Virus record (IMG/VR): IMGVR_UViG_3300010354_000053
Span: 32,001 to 96,000 of that record
DNA: 64,000 nt
Reading direction: 5' to 3' (one strand)
DNA from: a virus
The position numbers and the translations under genes are program-made. Positions 10,057-19,401 of the stretch are shown here, one piece after another. Each line of letters opens with the position of its first letter. Position 1 is the first letter of the stretch. The notes under the pieces were generated by a model. That model did no database searches. It saw nothing but the letters and a program-made list of their open reading frames with translations, and was not told the DNA's origin.

Positions 10057-10066
10057 AATTATACAC
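10057..10066 (-). promoter_or_regulatory. Candidate late promoter GTGTATAATT
   Basis: Same 10-mer upstream of major capsid and the 31386 operon. Confidence 0.5.
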
Positions 10067-10078
10067 TTGGAGTCGCCT

Positions 10079-11002
10079 ATGGCAATTGATTTAAGCAAAA
10101 TGACGTTTGGCGCTGAACTAGAACTTGGCGATGTTGATACAAAAATTATTCTGCCGCTAGGTAATAGATGGTGTGATAAAGATGGATCTATTTGTAATTC
10201 CAATGGAACTGCAAACGATCCGAAAAAAGTTTTTAATCGGTATGGTGGTGAGATTCAAATGAAGCCTGAAAACTCTCCGGAAGAGTTGCTTCGAGCCACT
10301 AAAGAAATCTACGACCTTCTGCCTAAAAAACACTTTAACTTTACCACTAATTTGCATGTTCATATTCGTATTCCCGGACTTAAGGATGACTTAGAGGCCC
10401 TAAAGAAAATTGCTGCGTATCTTCGTAAATATGACGAAGAAATTTATGAACTTATAGACCCAAATCCATTCCCAGAACGACAACTTAAATTTTCCAATCC
10501 TGACTTTTACAACGGCGCAGTCTCGAGATGGCGTCGTCGTAATAAGTCACATAGGTATCGGGTGACAGAAAAAGTTCATAAATTAATGATGAACGCAAAA
10601 TCACCACGCGAGTTCTACGAGGCTCACGCCCCTAAAAATCGTTTTGGACAACCAATGTGGCATGTTGTGGTCAGAGCCGGTGTGAATCTCAAACAAGTAT
10701 TTGAAGATACTGAAACTATTGAGTTTCGGCATTTTACAATGTCACCAGATCTAAATAAGATGTTGTCGGCATATAAGTGGCCTAGGCTTCTTATGGAAGC
10801 AATTTTTGTCACGGGGCACACACCGAAGCAGATTTTAGAAAACAATCCAGACTTGGTATTCCAAAATTTTCATCCGTATGATCACGAACTAGATAAAATC
10901 TTTAGGCAAACCAATGTTTACCATAACAAACGTTCCGAAGTGCGGGAAAACTATAAACGTTTAATTGAGCAGGGCCTAGTTGACGAACAGACTCTTTATT
11001 GA
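10079..11002 (+). CDS. Putative amidoligase (COOH-NH2 ligase, glutamine synthetase-like fold)
   Basis: TFGAELEL, GGEIQMKP, NLHVHI, TIEFRHF motifs. Confidence 0.85.
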   Translation: MAIDLSKMTFGAELELGDVDTKIILPLGNRWCDKDGSICNSNGTANDPKKVFNRYGGEIQMKPENSPEELLRATKEIYDLLPKKHFNFTTNLHVHIRIPGLKDDLEALKKIAAYLRKYDEEIYELIDPNPFPERQLKFSNPDFYNGAVSRWRRRNKSHRYRVTEKVHKLMMNAKSPREFYEAHAPKNRFGQPMWHVVVRAGVNLKQVFEDTETIEFRHFTMSPDLNKMLSAYKWPRLLMEAIFVTGHTPKQILENNPDLVFQNFHPYDHELDKIFRQTNVYHNKRSEVRENYKRLIEQGLVDEQTLY

Positions 11003-11009
11003 GGATTGC

Positions 11010-11462
11010 ATGAAAGTTTTATTTATTTGTACGGGTAACAAGTTTCGTAGTCCAACTGCGGAACATATTATGAAATGCCTAGCCCCGCATTTAGAAGTTA
11101 AATCGGCTGGAACAGCGGAAGGCGCTCATAAAAACTATTTAATGGCCAAAAAAATGCGTCGTTGTTTAATTGAATTAGGTTATCCTGAGCCCGCAATACG
11201 TTCTCAGCATCTGACGGCGGAATTAATGGAGTGGGCAGATATTGTTTTATATATGGCCCCTACACATTTCAACTATATGTACAAAAATCATGTCCAATTT
11301 ATACATAAATGCAGGCCGCTCTACACCGTCCTGCCAGACCTTGATTTAAAACGAATTGAAGACCCTGCTTTTATTAAAAAGCATGAAGATGTTATGGAAG
11401 TAACTAAAATTATTGAAGATTCGATTAAAAAAATACTAAACGATGAAGCAAAACTAATTTAA
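11010..11462 (+). CDS. Low-molecular-weight phosphatase (LMW-PTP/ArsC fold)
   Basis: VLFICTGNKFRSPTAE (CX5R), SAGT, WADIVLYM, IEDP. Confidence 0.9.
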   Translation: MKVLFICTGNKFRSPTAEHIMKCLAPHLEVKSAGTAEGAHKNYLMAKKMRRCLIELGYPEPAIRSQHLTAELMEWADIVLYMAPTHFNYMYKNHVQFIHKCRPLYTVLPDLDLKRIEDPAFIKKHEDVMEVTKIIEDSIKKILNDEAKLI

Positions 11463-11692
11463 ACTTCGGAATTACCGATCTTATTCTTTTGACGAGAACC
11501 TGTTGGAATAGATGTACCCGGAAGTTTAGGAGCTTCTGGCATTTTTATTTCTGAAGTTTTAACTGTAGTTTTTTTAGAAGTAGAAGATACAGAACCGTCA
11601 AGAATTTTGTACATTCTGTCTTGTACAGTTTCTGCAGGTGTGGATTTAGTCATTTTCTTGCACAGTTCGACTATTTCTAACAGTTTGTTCAA
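11459..11692 (-). CDS. Hypothetical protein (MTKS motif)
   Basis: Overlap-coupled small ORF in minus-strand operon. Confidence 0.5.
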   Translation of the reverse strand: MNKLLEIVELCKKMTKSTPAETVQDRMYKILDGSVSSTSKKTTVKTSEIKMPEAPKLPGTSIPTGSRQKNKIGNSEV

Positions 11693-12182
11693 GTTCGGCC
11701 TCTGTTACAATCCAAGGTGGTACGCAAACCATTTTATGCTCTATTTTACCATATTGGATATTAGATAAAAAAGGCTTCATGAGTTCTTGTTCATCTTGAT
11801 GGCGATTTTCTTTAATATAACCAATGTTATCGATATTTTTATCCAGTAATTTAGACATACAAGCCATACAAGGCTGAACACTCACAATAAATTGGTATTT
11901 ATGGATATTGATTGTTTGAATCATCTTTTCCAGAAGATCTGTCTCCGCATGGCGAATTAAGAATTTTTTAGCAGGATTTTTATCAATATTTAACTCGGCA
12001 AGAGCTTTTGAATTTTTTTCAAAAGCAGAAATTATCTTGTTAACGCCATAAGCAATAACAGAATTTGTGGATGTATCTACAGCAATTGCGACTACCTGAA
12101 CTAGAGGATCACTACTTCGTTTTTTAAGAACGTCAAATAGGATCTCGGTACTAACTACAGGGAAGGAGCCGTAGACAAACAT
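11646..12182 (-). CDS. Zn-dependent deaminase, dCMP/cytidine deaminase-like
   Basis: HAE and PCMAC motifs. Confidence 0.8.
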   Translation of the reverse strand: MFVYGSFPVVSTEILFDVLKKRSSDPLVQVVAIAVDTSTNSVIAYGVNKIISAFEKNSKALAELNIDKNPAKKFLIRHAETDLLEKMIQTINIHKYQFIVSVQPCMACMSKLLDKNIDNIGYIKENRHQDEQELMKPFLSNIQYGKIEHKMVCVPPWIVTEAELEQTVRNSRTVQEND

Positions 12183-12793
12183 TCTTTAATTCCTTGTTGT
12201 AGTTTTTGTACTACTTGTTCGGGTGAATCTTCAAAATCTACTTTTACGAGAGTAACAGGAGCGCGACATAAATCCAAGAAATAACCTACGCACATCTTTG
12301 CCCTATCCATAAACACTTGAACATTATTGAATGTCAAGTCAGGAAGTCTTTCTTCAACAATACCAGCATTTTTTCTTCGCAAAGAAAGACGTTCTCTAAT
12401 CTTTTCTACAGTAAAATCGTAGTGTACAACAACGACTTTAATGTCTTCTTTATGGCGATATTCATTAACCATTTCTACCCAACGAGACGTAGACATAACG
12501 CCATCGATAATAACTGTATCTGACAGCTCGAGAGCATCAAAGAAACCTGTTCTAACTAGCGATGGTGTAGTTATGGAATCTGTGCCAGAATTTTTATTAC
12601 CAACCAAAACACAATTATCATATTGAACAATACTATATTTCTGCTCAATTGTAGCTCCCCTGTTGGGCATACGTTTTTTAATAAATTTACCCATTTTAGA
12701 AATTTCTTTGCCATCTCCTTGGCAAAAAGTATTTCTGGTGGTGGTTTTGCCGGTTGCACCTGCGCCCATTAGAAAAATTGCTACTTTAGTCAT
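12155..12793 (-). CDS. P-loop kinase, probable 5-hmdU DNA kinase type
   Basis: GAGATGKTT Walker A, SGTDSI, VIIDG, lid RLSLRR; near amino acid:DNA transferase. Confidence 0.7.
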   Translation of the reverse strand: MTKVAIFLMGAGATGKTTTRNTFCQGDGKEISKMGKFIKKRMPNRGATIEQKYSIVQYDNCVLVGNKNSGTDSITTPSLVRTGFFDALELSDTVIIDGVMSTSRWVEMVNEYRHKEDIKVVVVHYDFTVEKIRERLSLRRKNAGIVEERLPDLTFNNVQVFMDRAKMCVGYFLDLCRAPVTLVKVDFEDSPEQVVQKLQQGIKECLSTAPSL

Positions 12794-13160
12794 GAAAGCC
12801 CTCAATATACTCTTGATTTGTTTTATGGCATTTAAAACAAATTCTGTTTCCGTTTGGTGAAAAGAAAACATTGTTGCATTTTAAACAATTTCTATTTTTT
12901 GCAATGGCAGAACCGTGTTCTGAAAAAAACTTCTCGTCCGCTTTTCGTAGTTCTTCCATAAGCTGTTTGTGTCGCTCTTTACGTCTATTTGACGTTCGCT
13001 CTTTATTCTTTTTTATTTTTTCTGTTAAATCAATCCAGTTTAAATTATGTTGAATAACATAATTTTGCATGAATGATTCATGATTATCAATGGATGGTAC
13101 TGGAATATTGAGAGTTTTGCAAAACATTTTTAATGTAATTTTAGTTTCATTAACAATCAT
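12786..13160 (-). CDS. Hypothetical protein with C-terminal Zn finger
   Basis: CLKC...RICFKC. Confidence 0.6.
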   Translation of the reverse strand: MIVNETKITLKMFCKTLNIPVPSIDNHESFMQNYVIQHNLNWIDLTEKIKKNKERTSNRRKERHKQLMEELRKADEKFFSEHGSAIAKNRNCLKCNNVFFSPNGNRICFKCHKTNQEYIEGFHD

Positions 13161-13170
13161 TACTCTGCCC

Positions 13171-13500
13171 TTATTCTAATTCAGCACCCATGTCTACGAT
13201 ACCTTCTTTCTGCAACAACGAAAGGGCTAACACTCGTTTAGAATCTGCAAAATTTCTTGTTTCATTGAAGGCACTGCGAAAAGTTTGCAGAACTTCTTGA
13301 GCAGCTTTAAATTCCGAATTAGCTTCCATTTCTTTCTTTGCCTTCAAAACATGCGCATTCTGTTCTGCAATGATCTGTTTTAGTTTATCGACGTTATAAG
13401 TTTTTAGCATTTGCAATTCATCGTAAGAATAATTCTTTACAAACGCTTTTTCAATATCACTCAGATGGCTGTACTTATTTGACTTACTCTTCTTTCTCAT
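13171..13500 (-). CDS. Hypothetical coiled-coil protein
   Basis: GGAGG RBS, overlap with upstream gene. Confidence 0.6.
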   Translation of the reverse strand: MRKKSKSNKYSHLSDIEKAFVKNYSYDELQMLKTYNVDKLKQIIAEQNAHVLKAKKEMEANSEFKAAQEVLQTFRSAFNETRNFADSKRVLALSLLQKEGIVDMGAELE

Positions 13501-14360
13501 TTAACATCCTCCACAAAAAGTAATTGTTTCGTTTTAATGTATGCAGTTTTTTCTTTTACTGAAAAATGGTGTTGTAAAAACTTATGATCAAATTCACATT
13601 CATCTATTAAATTCCAAAATACGTTATCTGAATACAATTCTGGTTTTTTAAGAACTAAAAATTCATTAATGTCATGTCCAACTACATAACTCCCCTTGTG
13701 CAGTATTTTAGGCACTTTACACAAACAGCTTTCTACTTGACCAATCGGCGCGTTCCAAATTTTTGATAAATTCCAACCCAAAGCTTCCCATTCTGGGATT
13801 ATGTCTTTAGTAAATTTTTGATTAATACCATATAGGTAACGAAGTCCAAATACTGGTCCAGTATTTTTGTTAGGATCAGAGCTTTCGATTCCTAACCCAT
13901 TAATACGAAAGCTTTTATATCCAAGCGTTTGATCCATGAGTTCACAAGTTTTATAGCAGGCCCAATCACCAAAATATGGAATAGTCTTGAATAACTCTCT
14001 TCCGCTGTTAAAATCTAACTGCTCTGTTTTAAGCGTTGATTCAACTGTTAACCATCTATCAAAAGCTTTTTCAAAATTTTCAGTTCGTCGCACTTGTGGT
14101 GTTCGACCACGTTCCATTCCAAACTTACTGATTTTTTCAAACATCTGAATGGGTGTTTTACCTTCAGCAATTCCCCGCATGAATAAAACCATGCTTTCGA
14201 TAGAATAGTAATATACGTACATGAAAATTGCGGTTTCGGGGTCAAATTTTTCGTGATTAATAATTGATTTTAGAAAAGGATAAACAGGGTCAACATCTTG
14301 TGTGCGAATTAAAGCTAAGCTAGCCTTCTCGAAATCAGAAAAGTTAAATAGATGTTGCAT
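13497..14360 (-). CDS. Amino acid:DNA transferase (aGPT-Pplase2 / HhH-glycosylase-like family)
   Basis: QDVDPVY, GMERG, PYFGDWACYKTCE, QVESCLCK, GSYVVGHDI. Confidence 0.8.
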   Translation of the reverse strand: MQHLFNFSDFEKASLALIRTQDVDPVYPFLKSIINHEKFDPETAIFMYVYYYSIESMVLFMRGIAEGKTPIQMFEKISKFGMERGRTPQVRRTENFEKAFDRWLTVESTLKTEQLDFNSGRELFKTIPYFGDWACYKTCELMDQTLGYKSFRINGLGIESSDPNKNTGPVFGLRYLYGINQKFTKDIIPEWEALGWNLSKIWNAPIGQVESCLCKVPKILHKGSYVVGHDINEFLVLKKPELYSDNVFWNLIDECEFDHKFLQHHFSVKEKTAYIKTKQLLFVEDVK

Positions 14361-15249
14361 ATAAATACTCTTGAACGCCGTCAGCAAGTTCTTTAATGTA
14401 TGTTGGAGCATGGCGTAAGCCGTTTGCAGATTTTGGAGTTACATACATACAATTACCTTCTTGAATAAACGCATGTAAATAGTCTTCCATATAAGCTGGC
14501 CTCCAGCCTGTTTTTGGCTCTCCCGTTATTTCAATACTTACCTGGCCATTGGTTACTTTAGAAATATGCTCAATAATTTTTTGAATTTTATCTTTAATTT
14601 CTAAATCTTTTTGTTCTTTTTGATAAATAAAATGAGTACCAAGATAATAGGCATCGGTAGTGGGTTTTGGATATAGATACGCATTAATAAAACGACCTTC
14701 TTTTGCATTTAAACAAAATCTTGGATAACGATCAAATACTTCTCCGCTTGGCTTGCACTCTACCGACCATCCCCAACGATAATCGGTAGGTTTATATTTA
14801 TGAAAACCATTAGCGTGAATAATAAGGCGATTTGTTGGAGTTTTATTTATGCGAGAAGAAAAGAAAAAATCTTGGGTAAACTGCACAAACGCTTGTACAT
14901 TAACATGCATTGATTGTTTGTTTAAAACTTTAATATTACCTATAGTTTGCACGTACCTGAGTTCTTTAGAATTATTATGATGCGGAATGCTTTTTTGGGT
15001 ATATCCGTAAGGGACAGCTTCTGAAAAAAGAATAATTGGTCTGCGGTCTGTTTGGCTGAACGATTGTAGCCAAAGGTTATAATTAATTGCATCTAGCTCT
15101 TCACCTGATGGGTAAATACACCCAGTACTTGCCTTCCATGCACCGGGTGAATCGTCGTCTTCCCACGAAAACATAATTTTTCTACTAGTAAGCTCCCAAG
15201 CAAGAAGTGAACCAATCAATCCAAAGCCTTTAATATGTACTGTAGACAT
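14344..15249 (-). CDS. FAD-dependent oxidoreductase (DAO/glycine-oxidase-like)
   Basis: IKGFGLIGSLLAWEL (GxGxxG), GAWKASTG, GWRP, NGLRHAP. Confidence 0.8.
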   Translation of the reverse strand: MSTVHIKGFGLIGSLLAWELTSRKIMFSWEDDDSPGAWKASTGCIYPSGEELDAINYNLWLQSFSQTDRRPIILFSEAVPYGYTQKSIPHHNNSKELRYVQTIGNIKVLNKQSMHVNVQAFVQFTQDFFFSSRINKTPTNRLIIHANGFHKYKPTDYRWGWSVECKPSGEVFDRYPRFCLNAKEGRFINAYLYPKPTTDAYYLGTHFIYQKEQKDLEIKDKIQKIIEHISKVTNGQVSIEITGEPKTGWRPAYMEDYLHAFIQEGNCMYVTPKSANGLRHAPTYIKELADGVQEYLYATSI

Positions 15250-15265
15250 TTTTTAATTCCCGATT

Positions 15266-15736
15266 TTAGTACGGACCAAATGCTCCTCCGCCTCCGCGGC
15301 GCCGCGATGGCACTGCATTCTGGCGTTGTTGTTCTTCCCACTCCCTCTGCAACTCCTCTTGTGTTGCCGTTAGTACTGGCGACGGCGTGCGTTGATTCGC
15401 CGCCGTTGTCCCGTTTCCCACAGGTTGCTGCTGTTTTGGTGTAGGAGAAGAAAGATTTTGGTTAATTCGTTGCAATACTTCCACTACAGGATTGCTAGAA
15501 ATTTCTTTAAACAGAGCCGCTAGCTTTACTGCCTTTTCTTCTACTTCGGATATTGCTTTAGCCGTTTCTGGATTGTTATTTTCTAGTAATTGCTCCAGCA
15601 CAATGTTTAGGCTTTTTTGAATATGCCCCCAAAGAAATTCTCCGCTAGGAAGGGTCAAAATGCCCTCTTTAAGAGCTTCATTCTCGAGAGCCGATTGAAC
15701 ATCGCTCAGTAATTTAATTTTTTCTTTCTTGTCCAT
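15266..15736 (-). CDS. Hypothetical protein
   Basis: GAGGG RBS; follows recA. Confidence 0.6.
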   Translation of the reverse strand: MDKKEKIKLLSDVQSALENEALKEGILTLPSGEFLWGHIQKSLNIVLEQLLENNNPETAKAISEVEEKAVKLAALFKEISSNPVVEVLQRINQNLSSPTPKQQQPVGNGTTAANQRTPSPVLTATQEELQREWEEQQRQNAVPSRRRGGGGAFGPY

Positions 15737-15737
15737 A

Positions 15738-16826
15738 TCATCCCTCGTAAATATCAGCATTCATAGCAATACCCATGTTTTTTGAAGTAAATACTTCTTG
15801 CTTGATTTTGGCGTATAGGTTTTCATCCATTTTGACCAAATCTACAAACTTAGACATATTTCCCCCCTTGATTCCAAGCTCCTCCGGGCCAAAATAAATT
15901 GTGTTTCCTGTTTCTTTTTTATAGAGAACACCGAGATTAAGAGCTAGCTCAACAAGTTCTTCGTATTGGTTAGCTAGTTCGCCACTTTCCATATTTAACC
16001 AGAATTCAGCAGCTTTGCCCTCGACAGTAAGGCGCGTTTTATTAACTTTGCAGCGAACCTTAGAACCGACTGCAATATTCTTGCCTTGGCCGTCTTTGGA
16101 TTCGGAGACCAGCTTGTCCTTCATGCCAGTTGCCTTTTCCAAAAAAATAATAGTCGAGCATAGGTGTTTTAGCCGTTGACCGCCAGTAAGCACCCATGGA
16201 TAGTACTTAGCCATACGGGTATCGAGGTTTGCCATAGCATGGTTAGTAAGCACGACCAACACTTCGCACTCGTTAGCAATACGGTTTAATACGTTTAAGG
16301 CTGGATTGATGCTTTTAGAAATACCACCGTATCCATTAGCAGCACCGCTAACATCGCCTTCTTCCATTGCCCCCTGTTCGCCAAGTGCAGTAAGAGCTTT
16401 AACGGAATCAAGGACAATTGCGCAACAATCCTTGTTTTTTTTGATTTCCTCTTCTGCCTTAGCTAGAGGCTTAATAGCACCTTCAAACGTGTTTGATTGA
16501 ATAACTACCAGACGGTCGAGATCAACACCTAAACTGGCTGCACGTTCGGGGTTAAACGCATATTCTGTGTCGATAAATATGCCGTATTTAGTTGGATTCA
16601 TCCGCTGTTCTTGTGCAAGCAGCTTTAGAGCCATAAGACTTTTACCCGAGCCGGGTGAACCCCACAGCATAACTAGTTCACCGACCGGAATACCACCGCC
16701 TACGGCCCAGTCAAATGAAACCGAACCGGTAGAGCGAACTTGTTTTTGTTTATTAGAAAATTCTTTGGCTACGGCTACTCGCTCCATTTTTAACATTGAC
16801 GATAAATAACTTGGTAGTTTTGACAT
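15738..16826 (-). CDS. recA: RecA/UvsX recombinase
   Basis: STGSVSFDWAVGGGIPVG, GSPGSGKS, FIDTEYA, IVLDSV, TGGQRLKH. Confidence 0.93.
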   Translation of the reverse strand: MSKLPSYLSSMLKMERVAVAKEFSNKQKQVRSTGSVSFDWAVGGGIPVGELVMLWGSPGSGKSLMALKLLAQEQRMNPTKYGIFIDTEYAFNPERAASLGVDLDRLVVIQSNTFEGAIKPLAKAEEEIKKNKDCCAIVLDSVKALTALGEQGAMEEGDVSGAANGYGGISKSINPALNVLNRIANECEVLVVLTNHAMANLDTRMAKYYPWVLTGGQRLKHLCSTIIFLEKATGMKDKLVSESKDGQGKNIAVGSKVRCKVNKTRLTVEGKAAEFWLNMESGELANQYEELVELALNLGVLYKKETGNTIYFGPEELGIKGGNMSKFVDLVKMDENLYAKIKQEVFTSKNMGIAMNADIYEG

Positions 16827-16834
16827 TTATTACC

Positions 16835-17305
16835 TCATGCACGGATGCTGATATTGTTAAAGTTAGTACGGCCATAAATATTTTTCTTAACATCATCTAT
16901 GGAAATTGATAGCACTGAACGGACTGAAGATAAATAAGAATAAACGCTCTCCCAATATGCTTCATCCTCTTGTGCCATTTGATATTCTGGTTGAATACAA
17001 ATAAATGCCTGTTTATCTTTTTCTGTGGGTTTTTGTAGATTTTTTTCAGCCGCCCATTCGGGGAATTTTTCAATTCGTAATACCGATTCAATTCGTTCCT
17101 TTTCAATCTTTGATTTAGACAAAGAGTATTGTGCTTTAGTCATTAGCTCAGAAATGGCAAGCAGTCCTTCACGCATTGACTGTAAAAACACAGGAGCGTC
17201 GTGTTCGCTAACTTGCACAGATTGTTTGCTCTTTGCAATAAAAGGAGCAAGTTGATTAGCGATCATGTTCATTTGATCGCGCTTAGAAACAACTTCTGAT
17301 GCCAT
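16835..17305 (-). CDS. UvsY-like recombination mediator
   Basis: Helical, KPTEKDKQAFI...PEYQ pattern; between SSB and RecA. Confidence 0.5.
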   Translation of the reverse strand: MASEVVSKRDQMNMIANQLAPFIAKSKQSVQVSEHDAPVFLQSMREGLLAISELMTKAQYSLSKSKIEKERIESVLRIEKFPEWAAEKNLQKPTEKDKQAFICIQPEYQMAQEDEAYWESVYSYLSSVRSVLSISIDDVKKNIYGRTNFNNISIRA

Positions 17306-17322
17306 ATGTCCACCTAATATAT

Positions 17323-17350
17323 AAAAAAACCGACCAAATGCATGGTCGGT
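17323..17350 (-). terminator. Rho-independent terminator after SSB
   Basis: ACCGACCA/TGGTCGGT stem with T run on the minus strand. Confidence 0.75.
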
Positions 17351-17373
17351 CAAAAACAAATTATTGAGTACTA

Positions 17374-18291
17374 TTAGAAGGGATTCCAGTTCTCATCATC
17401 TGTGCTGTCAAAATCAACAGATGCAGAACTTGCAGCCGGCTTACTACTACCTTCTTCTCCACTGTTAGCAGATTTGCGGAGTAAACGTTCAGGAAGTTCT
17501 GTGCCACCAGACGCAACAAATGCAGCCATTTCATCTTCACTCCAAAGGCGAGAAGCAAACATTTGCACTAAATCGATCATCTTTTCTGGATCTTTGAGGC
17601 GATCTTTAACAGAATTAGGGAGTGTTTGCTCATAAAGCATTTCGGTTTTTTGGCGACCAACCATCTTTGATTCAACGCAAAGATCTGCGGAATAACGAGT
17701 GTCGAGCTTTTCTCCAGTTTTATTTAATACCATCCAACCAGTAGGCTCAGAAGGATTGTAAACTTGTGCGTTATAATCTTTAAATTTATGCACAACACCA
17801 CTGATTTTTTTGCCGGCGTCACCAAAGATAGACTTGATCAACGAAGTTTTAGCATCAAGTACCGAAATCTTGTCGTCGCCGCGAAGAACAACAAGAACAG
17901 AGAATCTACGTTTTTGCTCAAAGGATTTAGCAAGCGTAGAGTGGTTCAAGTATTTTTCATGCATCTTATGACCAGGGGCTTTAGCACCCATTTCTTCGAG
18001 CTTGACGGCTTCATCGCGGTGCTTCCAATGAGCATCGCAGATAGAACACGTTTTGCCAACAGAGCGAGGGCATGGAATACGCATGTATTCACCATTCAAA
18101 GTGTATTCATGGAAATGGTTTTCTGCGTATGGACGAGGTTTACCAACATGTTGATTAACAACTACACGCAACGTAAGTGGCCAAGTAGTGTTTTTAGCAC
18201 CGCCAACATAGTTGATTTTTTCGCGTTGTTCTTTTTGTTTACCAACAGAGAAGTCTTCATTTTCAAGAAGTGAATAATCAAAATTTTCCAT
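17374..18291 (-). CDS. Single-stranded DNA-binding protein, T4 gp32-like
   Basis: H...CPRSVGKTCSICD Zn site, KTGEKLDTRY, acidic tail DFDSTDDENWNPF. Confidence 0.75.
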   Translation of the reverse strand: MENFDYSLLENEDFSVGKQKEQREKINYVGGAKNTTWPLTLRVVVNQHVGKPRPYAENHFHEYTLNGEYMRIPCPRSVGKTCSICDAHWKHRDEAVKLEEMGAKAPGHKMHEKYLNHSTLAKSFEQKRRFSVLVVLRGDDKISVLDAKTSLIKSIFGDAGKKISGVVHKFKDYNAQVYNPSEPTGWMVLNKTGEKLDTRYSADLCVESKMVGRQKTEMLYEQTLPNSVKDRLKDPEKMIDLVQMFASRLWSEDEMAAFVASGGTELPERLLRKSANSGEEGSSKPAASSASVDFDSTDDENWNPF

Positions 18292-18304
18292 TTTACGGCT
18301 CCTT

Positions 18305-18931
18305 TTAACGGTATTGAAATTTAGCTAGCGACGGATTCATTGAATTATTAGCAGCAGCGGTTACTCTTGATAACTCGATGCCTTCTTCGATTGTTTTGAT
18401 CACGGTTGCAATTTTTTCTTCTTGCGACTTTTTACCACCCCCTTTTGGTACGGCAATTACGGTTCTTGACAAACGACTATTAAGTGGTGTGCGTCGAAAT
18501 GTGTAAAATACGTTTGATTGTAGCTCACCAGTTCTAAAAATTTGAGAAACGCTAATGTTATCTTGTTGCAAAGTTAGATCTTCTACGATTCGCATAAAAT
18601 CACGATTGCTTTCAATTTTTTTAGAAACTCGACTCGTATCAGGGGTTCTGCGAAGAGCTGTCGTGCCGGAAAATAATTTAAGGCAATTAGCAAAAAGGAC
18701 GTTCGCTTCAGTTGCAGAAATTTCAAATGGCATCTCTCTACTTAGAGATGCCGCGTATCCTTTTGTTTTCATTTCTTCCGCCATTTGAATTGCGTAATCA
18801 GAAACGTATCCAAGTTGGATGGGTGAATATTTTTCAACACCTTGAATAATAACTTGAGCTTCATCTTCTTTAAGATCTGATAAATCTATGATTACTGGAA
18901 TTGAATAAGAACGGTCGTACATAACGGTCAT
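18305..18931 (-). CDS. Hypothetical protein
   Basis: AGGAG RBS, ATGA overlap. Confidence 0.65.
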   Translation of the reverse strand: MTVMYDRSYSIPVIIDLSDLKEDEAQVIIQGVEKYSPIQLGYVSDYAIQMAEEMKTKGYAASLSREMPFEISATEANVLFANCLKLFSGTTALRRTPDTSRVSKKIESNRDFMRIVEDLTLQQDNISVSQIFRTGELQSNVFYTFRRTPLNSRLSRTVIAVPKGGGKKSQEEKIATVIKTIEEGIELSRVTAAANNSMNPSLAKFQYR

Positions 18932-19383
18932 TTTTTTCTCCTAGACGGTTTCTTTGGTTTTCGCCTTGCTTTATTTTCAACAATACTTTTTTGTTTATGA
19001 CAAGGAATACATTTTACGGTTAGTCTTGATAATATGTGTTGTTTGGTTTCATCAGTTATGTTTTCCTCATCAAAAAAATCTATGCCAACAAACATTCGAT
19101 CAACATATGTATTCCAATCTTTCCATCCAGAAATCTCAATTACTGGATCTTCATGATCTACCTGTATTTCTTTATAATCGAAAATTTTATTACAGGAGCA
19201 ACACTTATACTTAACTCTTTTTGCCTTGCTCTCTGTTCCGTCTTTTTTAGATGCTTTATATGGAATTTTGGCATTTTCTAAAACAAGTTTTTTGATTGGA
19301 CTAATAGAAAATAAACGCCGAATTGCAGAAATTAACGACGCTCTTAATACCCACTTACGTTTCTTTTTAGATTTCTTTGCCAT
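18928..19383 (-). CDS. HNH endonuclease
   Basis: KCCSC...IQVDHEDPV...CIPCHKQKS. Confidence 0.85.
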   Translation of the reverse strand: MAKKSKKKRKWVLRASLISAIRRLFSISPIKKLVLENAKIPYKASKKDGTESKAKRVKYKCCSCNKIFDYKEIQVDHEDPVIEISGWKDWNTYVDRMFVGIDFFDEENITDETKQHILSRLTVKCIPCHKQKSIVENKARRKPKKPSRRKK

Positions 19384-19401
19384 CTATTGATGGTAATAAA
19401 T

